A DNA stretch of 64,000 bases from Camelus ferus (GCF_009834535.1 NC_045696.1:115012001-115076000); one strand, 5' to 3'; positions 11,831 to 25,722 are shown, counted from the stretch's first letter. The notes: generated by a model not told the origin, from the letters alone. Made by a program: numbers and translations.

Positions 11831-12971
11831 GTCTATTGACCCCTCTACCTAATCAGCCAAAAGTCTTGCCTTCCGTAGGCTCTGCGTGTGCCCTTGAAAG
11901 ATCATCTCAGTAGCTGTGTCGTGACTGCTGTTCCTGAATTACCCGTGTTCCCTTCTCTGTGATAACTGGTTCCTCACTGCCTACTAACCCAACCAATCAG
12001 AAAAACCAATCCCAGTTTCCTGTTTCCTTAAGGTTCTGCTGCCTTCGATGACTTCAATGAGCAGTTTGTGTATGGGTCAGAATTCTTAATGGCAGATAAC
12101 AGACTCACCTTTACCTAGGTTAAACATACATTTATTAAGAATTCATTGGAGAAATAAAAGAAACGGACTCTAGGGTGAAGGTCAAGAGTGTTTTCCTCTT
12201 TCACGTCCCTAACCTCCCCAACCCTCACCACTCCCAAGAGGGAGCTGTGGCCTCTGTCACAGCCACACATTTTTGTTTGCATCAGAAAACCACCACACAG
12301 ATGCCGGCCCCAAAAGCACTCAACCTCTCCCCTCATCAGGGAGCTCCCTCTTAAAGCCCTTAATTCCAAAGACAGGCTACCTATTCACCAAGTACAACAG
12401 GGGAAAGGGATACCTCGGGCTCTCCATCCCCTCTACACCGCCCCGTATCTCAGTTTAAACTCAGAGTCTCCCATATGACTGCAGAACCCAACTCACACGT
12501 ATGTGTCTTAGCATTAGGGGAGGCAGTGAAAAGAAGATTTTGTCCTTCATTCTACTTTGGGAAGGTACCATTTACACTGTGGGGACTATCAAATTATGGA
12601 GTTTTGGGGTGGCCATGAGTGACATGTATTCAAGCATCAGTGCTCCCCATAGATGAGCTATTGCCCACTGAAACTTCACATATTTGTAGAGTAAACCTTT
12701 CAGGTGCTGGAATCCCAGGCTTCCCAAACTTCTGTTTCCCTGGTTCCCATCAGCATGCTTCCTAGTCGATGCATGGTGTCACAAAATTTCTTTTATTGGC
12801 ATGGGAGCAGAGATACCTCTGGAACATTACTGGTTCCTGATGTTAGAGAGAGAAATCCCTTTGCTCATGCCTCAAATTTAATTTTGATATGGTCCAAATA
12901 ACTATTTCATTTATTAATATAAATCTCATTGGTGATATTACATAAATTTTCAATGATATAATTGAAAAAAA

Positions 12972-13035
12972 ATTTTTGGAAGTATATTCAGTTTGCAATG
13001 TTGTGTCAATTTCTGGTGGACAGCATTATCATTTA
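12972..13035 (-). mobile_element. tiny L1 3'-terminal fragment
   Basis: gaagtatattcagtttgcaatgttgtgtcaatttctggtggacagcat matches the L1 3' terminus at ~53655-53702. Confidence 0.65.
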
Positions 13036-13530
13036 GAAATGAGATAACTTTTTAATTTTAGAAATTCTACAAATCGGGTATGTAATGTTTGAATTTAATA
13101 TAACTGAGGCTTCTGGGAGACATCATAGACACAGCTTCCTTTCTCTGCCAAAACCTAAGATCTTAAAATCTTTTGACTATGCTTATTTCCATCTTGTAAT
13201 CTCTGGCATTCACTTCCTTACCATTTTTTTTCCTAAAAATGACCGAATTGAATTCCCTGAACTTAGTTTTACTCCCTGCTCCAATCTGCCCCTCACAACA
13301 CCACTACACTTCTCTTTTTTCACGTGAAAATCTGTCCGTGTCACTTTCCTTGTAAGAACACTTCACTCCAGTCGTTCATCCATACCGAGAAGGTATCTTC
13401 CAGCTACGTTGCAGGAATCTTGCATCCTCCACATTCTGATCCCCATCTTCCTAAAAATCCTTAGCTCCTAAGAGTTACCAAGTGATCTCTAATTAGTCGA
13501 ACAGACGTACTTAATTTCGCATATATTTGT

Positions 13531-14144
13531 TGTTGATGAGAACAGTTCTTGTCTTGTTGCAGAAAGGTTTCAGAAACAAGACACAGAGGTCAAGAAAGCA
13601 AAGCAAGGATTTATTAAGGGATAGGTCGTGTGCTGTCAAGAAAAGAGCAGGCAGACCCAGGCGGGTGGCTGCCTCGAGGTTCCTTAGCAAGCTCATTACA
13701 TGGGTCTAAAAATAAATATGCAGAATATTCATTGGCAGGGCGGGGCTTGGGATTGTATTTCCTGATTTTCTTCCCAGCTCTGCCTTCCCAGGTGGGGAGG
13801 AGGGATTTTCTGTCCTTATTTAGTCTTGACTGGGAGGTTGGATGAGGTCATGATGAACAAAAGGTTACAATCAGATGGGGGTATCACAAGCAAAAGGTTA
13901 CATTTGGACGAAGGTCATAATGATCGAAAGGTTACATTCGGATGGTGGGGATTCCTGTCCTGTCCCACCCTTCTGCCTCCAAGACACTTGTCAACCCAGA
14001 AGGTATGGCTTTTTATCAGTCCGGAGGATCCTGTTTTTCTCGGTCTGTCCAAGGACCCTCGCTGTTCATAAGATGCATGTTTTTCTGCCATTTGCCCGTG
14101 TCCCTCTTCCCCAGCTCACATCTAGCTACCTGCCTGCTCTAACA
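13531..14144 (-). mobile_element. solo LTR, MER41-related ERV1 family (copy B)
   Basis: TG...CA termini; TTTATT at 13610-13615; homologous to copies A and C. Confidence 0.85.
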
Positions 14145-14477
14145 TGTTCTCAACTATTGTGTGCATCTGGGCCTTTGAACGTGCTGTTCTCTCTGCTTGG
14201 AATGTCCTGTCTTTCAAACCACATCTCCTGGTTATGATCCACTGGGACGTCTTCCCTGGTCTGCGTGCCCAGGGTTATTCTCTGACTCTGGGGGGACTCC
14301 ACTCCAGTTTGCGCTCAGCGTCATTACTGTGCTCACCTCACTGTGTTAGCTGGTGCCTGTTTATACGCCGCTGTGTCGGCCCTTTAAATTGAGCTCCTAG
14401 AGAGAGGTTGCCTCCTGTCTTGAATCTCCAGAGGTTGGCACAGTTCCTGGCATATATTTTAAACGCTGTCATTTCTT

Positions 14478-14783
14478 TCTTTTTTTAAAAAAAATTCAAA
14501 GAAGTAGTATTTTTTATTGAGGCATAGTCAGTTACAATATGTCAATTTCTGGCACACAGCACAGTGTCCCAGTCATGCATATACATACATATATTCGTTT
14601 TCAGGTTCTTTTTCCTTATAGGTTGCTACAAGATCTTGAAATAGTTCCCTGTGCCATATAGAAGAAATTTGGTTTTTTAATCGATTTTTATATGTAGCAG
14701 CTAACATTTGCAAACCCTCAAACTCCCTAATTTATCCCTTCTGTCCCCCTTTCCCCTGGTAACCATGAAATTATTTACTATGT
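14478..14783 (-). mobile_element. L1 3' end with TSD
   Basis: Reverse L1 3'UTR flanked by ctgtcatttctt (14466-14477) and ctgccatttctt (14784-14795). Confidence 0.85.
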
Positions 14784-14954
14784 CTGCCATTTCTTGTTAA
14801 ATGAATAAATAGATGAACAGTGTATGGCTTTGTGTTCACTGATATTTATCATTAGACTGAAACTCAGAAATTTTGAAACGATGGCTGATCATTGCTTAAA
14901 TCAGCTTAGTAGTTTAAAATGGCCATTTCGAGAGATTCGTGGATGCTAAATTAG

Positions 14955-14968
14955 CCACTGGAGGGAGC
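14955..14968 (+). promoter_or_regulatory. possible CTCF site
   Basis: CCACTGGAGGGAGC has two mismatches to CCASYAGRKGGCRS; motif-only evidence. Confidence 0.25.
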
Positions 14969-16267
14969 CCATATACCATGGATTTAGAGAATTATTACCA
15001 CTCACAAAATCTACTACTTAAAAATAATTAAAATGTAGATCTTTAAATTTAAAATAAAGTGAGTTCTAAAATAGTAACCACTCTGTAATCCTAAAGGAAA
15101 TCAGATAAAGCTTCAAGTTTGTTTTACCACAAAGACAAGTTATGTTTCTAGAAAAGGGAGAAAGCAAATGGGAAAGAAATAGGAAATCCAAAAATCAGGA
15201 GTGTTTTTGGCTTGAAGCATTAGTTCAACAGTTTTTCTTTGCATTTATGGTAGTATAATCTTTCAACTTATTTTTTTTAAAAGCATGTTTTCTAAGCCGT
15301 GATATTAGATGAATAGACCAATTAATTATGACATACCAGTTCTTAAGACAGTATTCATATTTGGAATGGTTCATTATGAACTTAGTGGCCTGACTTTTTT
15401 TTCATTTTAATTAATTATTATGGATATGAAGCTTTTGTTACTCTTGTTATAGTGTTCAAAAGGAGATCAGAAATTCCCTAGATGAAGGCAATTTTAAATA
15501 TGATTTAATACACATGTTATGCAAGTTCAGAAATTTTAGAGGTTTTAAGAAATGCAAAACATATCTAATTGATTAGAGACACACATACAAATATTCCATC
15601 ACTGGATCTTTCAGAACTAGCTAAGTGCAGCTGAAAGTTTCAAATATATTAAAAAATTGCTTTTGTAAATTACTTAAGACAGTGATTATCTTTAGATTGA
15701 TATGCAGCTTGTACAATCAAAATAATTTTCTTTTTGGATGACAAAATCAAAAAATGAATTCCGTCTCAAGGGATGTTCTTATTGAAAATCTGCACAGAAT
15801 AGAAACTGATGATTCCTTGGCAAAGGGACTAGAATTTGTAACAGTGGCTTCGAAAAAATGGGGAATGTCTCGTTATTAACTCTCTAAGTTCTAGACCTGA
15901 CAACCAGAATTCCAATTGCTGTCAGCTCTCCGTATAAAAGTTTTCTTATAAAACAACTTTCAACCTTTGGGACATTATCAGTGGTCCCTTTCTGGGCAGC
16001 ATTTCAGTTGGACTTCTCAAGATAACTCATTGGAATGAGGTCAGTGGAGAAATATTCAATGAGCTAAATTATCTGAGGACCCATGAAAACACTTAAAGAC
16101 TTTTGCTATTTCATATAAATGCCAAGTTATTTATTGTTTAGCCTTTTAAAATATCATTCATGGAGATCATGCCTCACTTGTGCATATCTCTTGTGCTAGC
16201 TCCTGGACCACAGTCCAGTATCATAAAACAGGATCATGTTGGACACCAATTAAAAGTCAGTTGGCTT

Positions 16268-16820
16268 AAGACAAGGAAGCAACCTAAATGTCCATCAACA
16301 GATGACTAGATAAAGAAGCTATGGTATATTTATACAATGAAATACTATTCAGCCATAAAAAAGAATAAAATATTGCCATTTGCAGCAACGTGGATGGACC
16401 TACAGGTCATCATTCTAAGTGAAGTAAGCCAGAAAGAGAAAGAGAAATACCATATGATATCACTCATATGTGGAATCTAAAAAAAGAAAAAAAAGAGGAC
16501 ACTAAAGAACTCATCTACAAACCAGAAACAGACTTGCAGTCATAGTAAGCAATCTTATAGTTACCAGGGGAAAGGGGGTGGGACAAGATAAATTTGGAAG
16601 TATGAGATTTACAAATGTTAGCCAATATATATAAAAGTAGATTAATAAAAAACAAATTTCTTCTGTATAGCACAGAGAACTATACTCAATATCTTGTAAT
16701 AACCTTTAATGAAAAAGAATCTGAAAATTAATATATGTATGTATATGTATGACTGGAACATTGTATTGTACACCAGAAATTGACACATTGTAACTGACTA
16801 CTTCAATTAAAAAAAAAAAG
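16268..16820 (+). mobile_element. L1 3' end (ORF2 tail, 3'UTR, polyA)
   Basis: ggaagcaacctaaatgtccatcaacagatga...gccatttgcagcaacgtggatggaccta...cttcaattaaaaaaaaaaag. Confidence 0.9.
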
Positions 16821-17089
16821 TAAAACATTAAATCAAATGATAGCTCTTTAAAAAAAATTTCAGGTTCCTGTCTGCAATGAACAAGACATCTTTTTTGCTT
16901 GTCGGTATTACCAGTGTTTAAAATTTTGTTCCAGATCTCCCTCACTTTCATAGACATACAATTCACATTTGGAATGAGGCCTCTCTGTGATAAAAGCAGA
17001 CGTGGATGAGATATGATGTCAATCGAATTTGCTCTGTCTCACGTTCAAGGTGATTCTAAATCTACCAATATTTTTCCATTTCACCACCT

Positions 17090-17215
17090 GGAATTATCAC
17101 CACCATTTTAGATGAGAAATTTGAGGCTCCCAGAGGTTATGTAGTCAATGTCAAACAGCGAGTGGTAGAGCCAGCATTCAGGCTAGGGATATTTGCCTCT
17201 AACTTCCATTCTTTT
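17090..17215 (-). mobile_element. MIR
   Basis: ccattttagatgagaaatttgaggctcccagaggtta...gagtggtagagccagcattc. Confidence 0.65.
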
Positions 17216-17223
17216 CCCTGTTC

Positions 17224-17458
17224 CACGGTTTTTCAAACTTTTATGATTCAAATCTCTTCTAAAAAGCACGTTTTACATGGGACCAAATGTAGATACACAC
17301 AATGAAAACATTTTCAAAAAGTTCTTGGGTTTACCGCTTACCATGTACTCTGATACTTTGCACTCTATCCTGCTCTGTGTCATGTTACAAGACATGAAGC
17401 GATAAACTGATTTCACAATCCACAAATTGGTCACAACCTGTGGTTAGAGAAACCCTGA
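17224..17458. mobile_element. hAT-Charlie-type non-autonomous DNA transposon
   Basis: Degenerate TIRs cacggtttttcaaact / ggttagagaaaccctg; internal tgatttcacaatccacaaattggtcacaacc. Confidence 0.5.
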
Positions 17459-18654
17459 TTTTTCACTGCTGGACTTGACACTGCGGTGCAAATAAATAGT
17501 TTTGGGAAATTAACCTCGGGGGTCATGGACGAGCTGAGGTAAGAGGAGGAGGAACGTTCATGAAGAGAGGGTGTCTTTTAAATGAAATTAAACTTAAATT
17601 TAAAATCCATTAAAGACCTATGTTTAGCTCCTCTGAATATAAACAGGGCTCTCGTTGTGGAAGAAAACCAACAAATCTTAATCTTGATGTTTTTTCAAGT
17701 GTATTTTGAGAGAAGTCATGCTTACAGTCACAAGAGTTTTACCAAAGTCAGGATAATATGTCAGTAGGGATGATAAGATTTTTAAGTCTAATGAGAGCAA
17801 AGCAAAAACCAGTCTATTTGGTGAAGCAACATTGAGTGAAGCACAAGCCTTCTGAGAATGATGTTTCTGGATTGCTACGTCCTTAGAAATTCCTTGAGGA
17901 ATTTATTTGAGCAACCCTGAGGCCATTATTTACTATGGTTTTTCCCTTGAGGTTTTTTTGCTGAACCAGCATATCCCTGACACTGTGTGTTTTCAAGGCT
18001 GGAAACTACAGGGCCTGAGAAATTTAGGTAAGCATCTCTCTCTCTCTCTCTAAAAACTTAGCTTCTTCCATTTTAGTTATTAGGATAAAGTGCCTTTCCG
18101 GGTGTTTTAATTACCCCCCTTTTTTTTTTTGGTAGTATTTTCATTCAGATTACTTCCTACCCCATGAGACAGGTATTGGTACTTAATTTTTAAAGTAAAT
18201 TTCAGTCGCCCGTGAAATGAATCGATACTGTATATGCTACAGTTGAATGAAAATGGATATTTTGCATACACACCGGGAGGATGGTATCTTTGTTGCTGTT
18301 GGTAGTATTCTTTGGTTTTAGTATGTTGTGATCAGCTTAGATCTCTATTTCAAAAGGCTATTCAACAGAGAGTGGACTTTTTCTAAACCACATCAATGAC
18401 GGATCACAGACTTCTTTGAATTTCTGAATTTGGGGAATTGGTATAGATTTTAAACAGACAGAAACTTACTGCATCTTCAGAATTTTAGATTTATTACCAT
18501 TTAGTAATGCTAAGAGTGGGAATAAAACCTTGTTAATTTGTATCACAGATAATTAGAGAATTTCAAGACGTCTCAACCTGATTTCAGATTGATTCAACCA
18601 CTTGGGTAGAACATTAGCTGATTATTTGCTGGTGCCATGAAGTCATAGCACTGG

Positions 18655-18928
18655 TTTCTTCAGTGAACATTTGTGTTTCTTGTGTGTTACTCTGTTCTCA
18701 GCACTGGACACACACAGGTGAAACAGACAAAGCCCATACTTAACAGCATTTACTTTCCGGTTAGGAAAAAAGATAATAATCACATACTATGGTATCTGGT
18801 CCTGATAAAGACTTCCAGGGAAAAAACGACAGGGTATGGAGTTGAAAGGTGAAAGGTGAAAGTTGGGGCGGCATTCTAATCAGGACGGTTGCAGAGACCC
18901 TTCTGAGGAAGGGGTATTTGAACCAGTC
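18655..18928 (-). mobile_element. L2 fragment
   Basis: ctctgttctcagcactgga...gtgaaacagacaaagccc...ccttctgaggaaggggtatttgaaccag. Confidence 0.55.
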
Positions 18929-19544
18929 ATACCCTTTCTTGGAATCTGTGCTTCGAGGTCTCAAAATGCATTTCTCTTCCTTCGCTAACTATGTCTCCAG
19001 TTCACTGCCCCTGCACTTTCTGTGAAGGGGAGTTAGAACACTATGTGCCTAACCCTAGCAAATGATGTGCGGTTAGACACCCCTCATCAGAGACTTCCAT
19101 TTAATGTTCATTGTTGCCTCTGAACAACCTGGAAGAACTTTCTCTAGAAACTGCCTAAGATGATGGGATTCGGTAAGAGAAGTCTAACGTTTGGTGGGCT
19201 TTCTGTTTTATCTGCACATTTGTCTCCTTGATGCCGAACTTTTATTCTTTTAAGACGATTAAGGTTTTGTTTTGGAAATACCTTTTTTTATTTGATTTAC
19301 AAGCGTCCCTTGATGGACTATTCTGTGCTCGGCTATTTTGGGTTTTGTTTTTAATAGAAGGTTGTAACAGGGGCCACTGAAACCATGTTTTCCCCACCCA
19401 CTGGGATGAGTACAGCCAACGTGATTGGCGGTCAACAGGAAGTGGAGATATTTATTAATAATTATAGGAGGATGAGGGAATAGTCAGATCCAGTTAAAAT
19501 CAGCTTCATGAACTGGTTACTCACTGAGGACTCCCTGTTGCAGC

Positions 19545-19710
19545 TGTGGCAGACAGACCCTGACGTGCATGGCCTCCAAGTGTTCCTACCTCCTGGTGTT
19601 CTCACCGCTGTGTAAGCCCTTCCATTGGAGTGGGAATAGGATCTGTGACCTGTTTCTAACCATAGAATGTGACCAAGGGAATGAGATGTCACGCCCGAGG
19701 GTATGCTATG
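19545..19710 (+). mobile_element. MLT1E/F-like LTR 5' fragment
   Basis: tgtggcagacagacc...ctcctggtgttc...tgtgacctgtttctaaccatagaat...gatgtcac. Confidence 0.65.
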
Positions 19711-19829
19711 TTTTTCAAGACTGTTTAGCAGAACAGAGCAAGAGATTATGGGTTTTCCGTTCCACTCTACATCGATTATTTCCTCCATTGTTTATATAAT
19801 CTGCATATTCAAAAATTAGGACTTGTCAG

Positions 19830-20276
19830 GTATAATGGGTTGAATATGATCCCCCCCTCACTGACCCCCTAAAAATGCATTGGCATTCTAACTGCCTGGA
19901 CATCACAATGTGACCTTATTTGGAGATAGGGCCTTATAAAGAGGTAATTAAGTCAAAATGAAGTCATCAGGGTGGGTCCTGATCCAATAGGATTCGTGTT
20001 TTTGTTCAAAAGGGGGAAATTTGGACACAATTTCATACACACACACAGACGCACGGTTGCCACGTGAAGAGTTATGCTGCCACACGCCTGGGTATTCCCA
20101 GAAGAGCCAGGAAGGAGGCCTGGGACAAACTCTTCCCTGGTGTCCTCAGAAGGAGCAGGGTCCTGCTGAGACCTTGATCACAGACTCCCGCCCCCAGAAC
20201 TCTGAGACGGCAAACTTCCATTGTTCTAGCCACGCAGTCTGTGGGACTCTGTTATGGCAGGCTAGGAAGGGAACGC
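19830..20276 (+). mobile_element. MLT1B/C-like MaLR LTR
   Basis: atgggttgaat...aatgtgaccttatttggagatagggcctt...gggtgggtcctgatccaat...ccagaactctgagac...tgttatggcag. Confidence 0.85.
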
Positions 20277-22976
20277 CCACTGTGACATGAGGGAAAAAAC
20301 CAAAAACCTTCTGTATGTTCCCACGTTCTACCTCCAGTAGAAGAAAGTTAAGAAGCAACCGAGTCCTGTTTGATTGCCACCATTGTAAGATGTGTTTCTG
20401 AATACCTGGCTGGCATTAAAAGCCATCTTGATTTTGTGAGGGCCCGCGGGAAGGGTTTGTCCCAATAAAGTCCCACAATCGGGTTGGTTAGAGTTCTGAT
20501 TCAGGCCGGGTTGTCCGGCCTCCCTTCCTTCCGTCTTCCTGCTCTCGAGGTGTTTCTGCCCTTGCAGACAGGCCTTCAAGGGCAAATCCGCAGCTTCTAG
20601 CTCCTTCTTCTTAAAACTCTTACCCCGTGTTCTCTGACCTCTTCCCTTTCTTGTTGTCTTTACCTCCTGCCAAAAGCTGCCTCTTCCTCTAACCCTTATG
20701 AAATGCCTGTGGCCTTCAGGTTTCTTCCTTGGCACCAGCTTTTTTTTTTTTTTTTTTTTTCTTTTTCTCTTTGCAGTCTAACCCAATCTAAAAGGTTTTT
20801 TTTCCCCCCTCTAATCACTTCCAAATCTAAAGGTGCATACTAGCTCACTTTCCTCAATCCCAGATTGTTATTTAACTACCTAATGAACATTTCTGAAGCC
20901 AGACAATTTTGATCTATTATTTTTGATACAAACATTTAACAATCTAGACAATGGAGGAAGAATTACCTACTAGGATTAACAAACATTTGAGAAGACTGTC
21001 TCTCAAAAAAGAGGAGCGATGATTGAGTTTCACTAAAAGGAGAAAAATGAAAGGGAAGTAAATCCTTGATCATTTCAGCTCTGTGTTTTCAAAGTAATTT
21101 TATTCATTGTGATATAATTTGCTTCATTAAATACTTGTTATTTTATAATATAGTAATATGCTTTCAGTTGAAATATATCATCCATCTGGAAACATTCTGT
21201 TGTAAGTTTTAAAAGGCAACATTTTAAATCATTTTATCAATTTATTAGTCATGCTTTTGTCCCCCTCTCTTCCATTCCTTGTGTTGGTCCTGGGAATAGA
21301 GGATACGGTAATAGGCATCTTAGAAGTAACTTTTCTATACATTTTTTATTTAGAAATCATCAAAGCCTAGGCCAAGTTTTAACCACTTTGTTAAATGATT
21401 AAAAATTTAAAATTTCCCTATTCCCCTTCCTGAATGGTTATTATTCATATTACTTATTTTATTATTGTTTTTATCACACAGTTTTGTCCCTAAACAACTT
21501 GCGGGGGAGCAACTACAATCTGTGTTTTCAATTTTTGTTTCCCCAACATGCGGCAGCTGATACATAATTGTTATAAAAATGTTTCTTAAAAACTAAAACA
21601 TAATCCTTGTTTATGTTTATTTCTATAGCACTTATCAGGCTACTCAATTTATAAGACTTTAAAGTTTTATTTGTTGCTGTTGTTTTTGCTGTAAATCCTC
21701 CATGCACAAGTATTGTTTCTTCATTCCATAATATCATTTTTTGTCTAAACTATGCCATTAAACAGCACAGTTATGCCTCCTTGAATGGTTTCTAAAATGT
21801 TAGAATCACTTATTGGTAGTAGATAGCTAAAGGGCACACTCAGAAAAAAAACTCTGGTGTTTCAGACTAACTCCACAAAAATTAAACATCTTTCGTGACA
21901 TTTCAATTTGTGAAATAAATTGTCACTCCACAATTGACAGTCTACAAATACAAAAACCTAAGTTAAAATTTTGTCGTTGTAAAAGTTTCCCCAAAATAAT
22001 TTGTATGTGATGCCCACCCCCCCAATTCCAGAGGGCAGGGACCAATTCTTTCCTCCAATGAGGCAGTGGTGCCACTTGAAATGTCTATAAGAAAGAGTCA
22101 ATAAATGCTTCTGGAGGGACATCCTTGGAGAGGCAAGGAAGGGAAGGAGCACTTGTCAAGTCTTTTGAAAAAAGTCTGGCATCAAATGGGGAGACAGACG
22201 TTCTAGCCAGGTGGCCCACACACGTGAATGAAGGAATATGCCTGTAGGGGACCCATAGGGACACTGTGGATCCAATCATGACCACAGCTAAAGGTTAAGT
22301 TAATGCCATTATGTAGGAAGAACTATTAAAAAAAGACACATACACAACTCATTGTTCGACGTGCTTTTTCAGGGCCAGAGGTACTCATGCCTTTGAACTC
22401 GGATCTCATCAACTTATTATAGTCTTTGCCAAATGTAAACCAGAGAGAATTCCATACATACATATTGGCTGTTCATGTTTCCATTTCTTTGTGTAATTGC
22501 ACTCCAATTCAATCCAGACAAGGAAGCATTCTACAACTTAACAAGACGAGGCCTGCACAGGCTCAAAGTTGCACAAATTTTCTGAGCCATCTCTCACACT
22601 TCTACCAGAAGCCATATCTGTTCAGAAAGGATAAAATCCAGAGCTAGTGACAGGGACATCAGTGAGAGAGGGCAGTGCTCAGAGAGGAGGGTGAGAGGAT
22701 CCAAATGCAGATAACTCACCTTCAAAGGTTGCTCAGTTCTGCATAAAGGTTCTTCCTCCTTCTCCCCACTCCATGCACCAGCCCCACCCAGATCCAGCCA
22801 CTACATCCACAACCATGATGCAGTGAGTTGAGTGTGACCCCATAGACACCATGACCCCTAGGAGAGAGGAACTTCACCCACCCTCCAGCTGTGCCTTCAA
22901 AGTAGAAGTAGGACGCTGAACAGTGTGATGAAACAAGGGATGTCTAGAGGATGTGCAGGGCAGGGGGCGGGCCAGG

Positions 22977-23796
22977 TTTGGTGTGTGCTGGGCAATATTT
23001 AAATGGCACTTCAAGGAAAAAAATCATGTATTTATGTATGTGGTGGTTAACTTTATATGTGTCATTTTGTCTGGCCCATGGCACCCAGATACTTGGTCAG
23101 TGTTATTCTGGATATTTCTGTGAAGATGCTTTCTTGGATGAGATGATCCTTTAAGTCAGTGGACTTTGAATAAAGCAGATCAGTGTCTATATTGTGGGTG
23201 GGCCTTACCCAGTTAGTTGAAGGCCTTAATAGAAACAGTGATGGACCGTCCTCCCGCAAGGAGGAATTCTGCCAGGCTGCTTCTTTTGGTCTCTTCCCTG
23301 GTTCTCCAGACTGTGGGTCTACCCTCTGTAGATTTTGGGTTTACCAAACCTCTATGCTCATGCAAACTAATTCCTTAAAATCTTTTTCTCTCACCTAGAG
23401 ATCACCAATCAAAGGAATCGATCCTTGATTGGCAGTGTTGGCTAGTGTCTGTGGTGTACATCTTCCCATCCTGGCTGATTTCATGCTACCAACATGATGC
23501 TGCTGGTCCTACAATTGGATGGAGAGAGATGTTCGGTACCACCCCATCATGTAGTGTTTCCACTAGACAGACACAATATACACCAATAACCTCAATAGAA
23601 CAGACACAGTAAAATAGACTAAAATAATTAAGAACTGATGAGTTCCAACCACTTGTTACCTTTGTTTTTAATATAATTTAATTGTAAGAATATATAATCT
23701 CATTTTTAATATTGGCTTGGTACAGCTGGCATGCAAAATTCCTAAAAATTTAAAAATTAGTTCCTGTGGACTAGTACAAGCTCCAACACACCACAA
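22977..23796 (-). mobile_element. MER63-type hAT-Blackjack element, split by MLT2
   Basis: TIR-like ends ggtgtgtgctgg / ctccaacacaccac; internal gctgatttcatgctaccaac...ttacctttgtttttaatataattt. Confidence 0.75.
23039..23392 (+). mobile_element. MLT2 (ERV-L) LTR, 3' end missing
   Basis: tgtggtggttaactttat...cccagatacttggtca...ggactttgaataaagcagat...gttgaaggccttaatagaa...aattccttaaaatc. Confidence 0.85.
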
Positions 23797-23984
23797 GCCA
23801 GGGTCAAGAACCAGCTTAATATCTGGGTCAAGGTCACAGAACTATTTCAGGGGATAACTATGGGTTAGAAACACAGATACAGAATAAAGACACTAGGAGG
23901 GAAACTCAGAAAGTAATAACAATAAAGGAGTGCTTTCCTTCAGTAGTGCTACTTTCAGATTTATCTACTGATTTTCAAGGCACT

Positions 23985-24171
23985 CTGTACTAAATGCCTG
24001 ATAATTTCGGTTTAGCAACATTTGGGTTGAGAAGAATTTTCTGATTTGACCAGAAAATATAATTATCATTTAAAACACAATTTCTATGGGAAAATAAATT
24101 TCAGGTTCCAAGCAGCCAACTTAAAAAGGATGTTTTTAGAACACTGTGTTCATAACTTGTAGATTGCCTGT
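23985..24171. mobile_element. TcMar-Tigger-like fragment
   Basis: atttctatgggaaaata...ttcataacttgtagattgcctgTA, a Tigger-style terminus followed by TA. Confidence 0.4.
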
Positions 24172-25722
24172 AGACTACCTGTATGACAGGGTCATTTTTG
24201 CATGGGTAAATTACATTTTGCCCAAATAATATTAATAATTCATAGTAATGGTTTTATTAAGTGTTTAATTTAGCAATGCTATTTTTTTCTTGCAAAATGG
24301 TCACAAGCAATCAGGTAACCGGCTCTCAGTCATCTTTACCCCTCTGTAGAACCCCCGCCTCATGACCGTGTGTCTTTTATTATATGTCAACACTGAGCCT
24401 TAGCATTCCTCCATTAACATGCACTGAAGCTACCATAAAATGGCACATGAATTTGATTCCCTTTGAAAGACAAGAAATTTGACCTAGTAGCTATGATTTC
24501 CTGCTGAGGATGGTGAAATGGGAGAGATGGTGTAGCACGTCTCAGTCTGAGACCAATTGTTCTCACCTGTGGTTCAGCCTTCATTAGCTGCTGGGAGCAC
24601 CTCAGAGATGCTGATAGAAATGCATTGCTTTAATAAGCAATCGCGTTTTCCACGTATATAAATTCTACCCTTATATGTGCAACAATCTGATTGAAACACA
24701 ATCAAAATGAAATGACTTTCATTTTTGTAGTCAATATGCTTTATTTTTCTCTGCAGAAAGCATCGTGCATCACCAAAAACCCATTTCTCATTATTTCCAG
24801 TAAATTTATTTAAACTTGTGCCATGTCAAGTTTCAGGAATCTTTGGAAATTCCACTAAACTGTATGTGTGGCTCATATTGTGAAATAGCATGACTGAGAA
24901 TAAATGGTAGAATCATATAACCACAATTTTTTAAAAATATGTGAATGTGTATTCTGAAACCTCATGGTGAGGTAAAACCTCCTCATTTTTTAGATGGGAA
25001 AATGAAGACAGAGTATGGAAGTAACATGATCAGTTTGGCTACACACTATCTCATTGGGAAAAAAAAAAAACAGTTTTATTTTTCTTTTTATGGAGGAAAA
25101 AGGAGTTTGTTAGTTTATTTTTAAAGATTAAAAAACCATTATTTTCATGTTATTAATGCCTATTTCTAACTTTAAGTCAATTTGACTTTTCCACCTTGGA
25201 TTAATTCTTGTAGAACAAATGATTATAAAATAAAAAGTAGAGTGTTGATGAGAAGATAAAGAGGTAAGATATTGTTATAAATCTGTACCAAAGGATGAAA
25301 TAATGGTCTTTTATAAATAAAAACTAACCCATAGATGATGTATGGTGTTTTCTTACAACACTTCTTCAATATGGTAGGAGACAGAGCATAAATCTGCCCC
25401 TCCAAATAACCATAAATAGTGTTTTTTCAGAATTATCTTTAAATGAGGATTTCGTTAAATAGTGAGAACTGTTAAATGGTACTCCATTCTCCACAAACAC
25501 CATAAGCAGGATTTTCCTAATCAGTTTTTACCTTCATCTAAAGGCTCCCCCCACACCTTTTTTGAGGACAAAGTGGAGAAACTGGGAAAGTTTCCAATGA
25601 GCTGTGCTTTTTATTTAAAAAGTTCACCTAATTAGCTAAGCAAAACCTGGTGTGACAATTTCTCATGTACTTGGCCTAACAAACATTAAAAACAGAATTA
25701 TTTCTGACTCTATAGTGTGGAG

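Larger units (their letters stand above)
13270..14820 (+). mobile_element. L2 3' region, interrupted by an LTR and an L1
   Basis: gggcctttgaacgtgctgttctctctgcttggaatgtcct...gcacagttcctggcata...ttgttaaatgaataaatagatgaa (L2 tail). Confidence 0.65.

Noticed and set aside
17998..18033. 30-nt micro-exon (ttttcaag...ttag|gtaagc)
   Set aside because: Splice-like motifs alone are common; there is no gene context to support it.
18844..18862. ISRE/IRF array (GAAAGGT x3)
   Set aside because: The spacing is GAAA-N3-GAAA rather than canonical N2, and it sits within a decayed L2; likely slippage.
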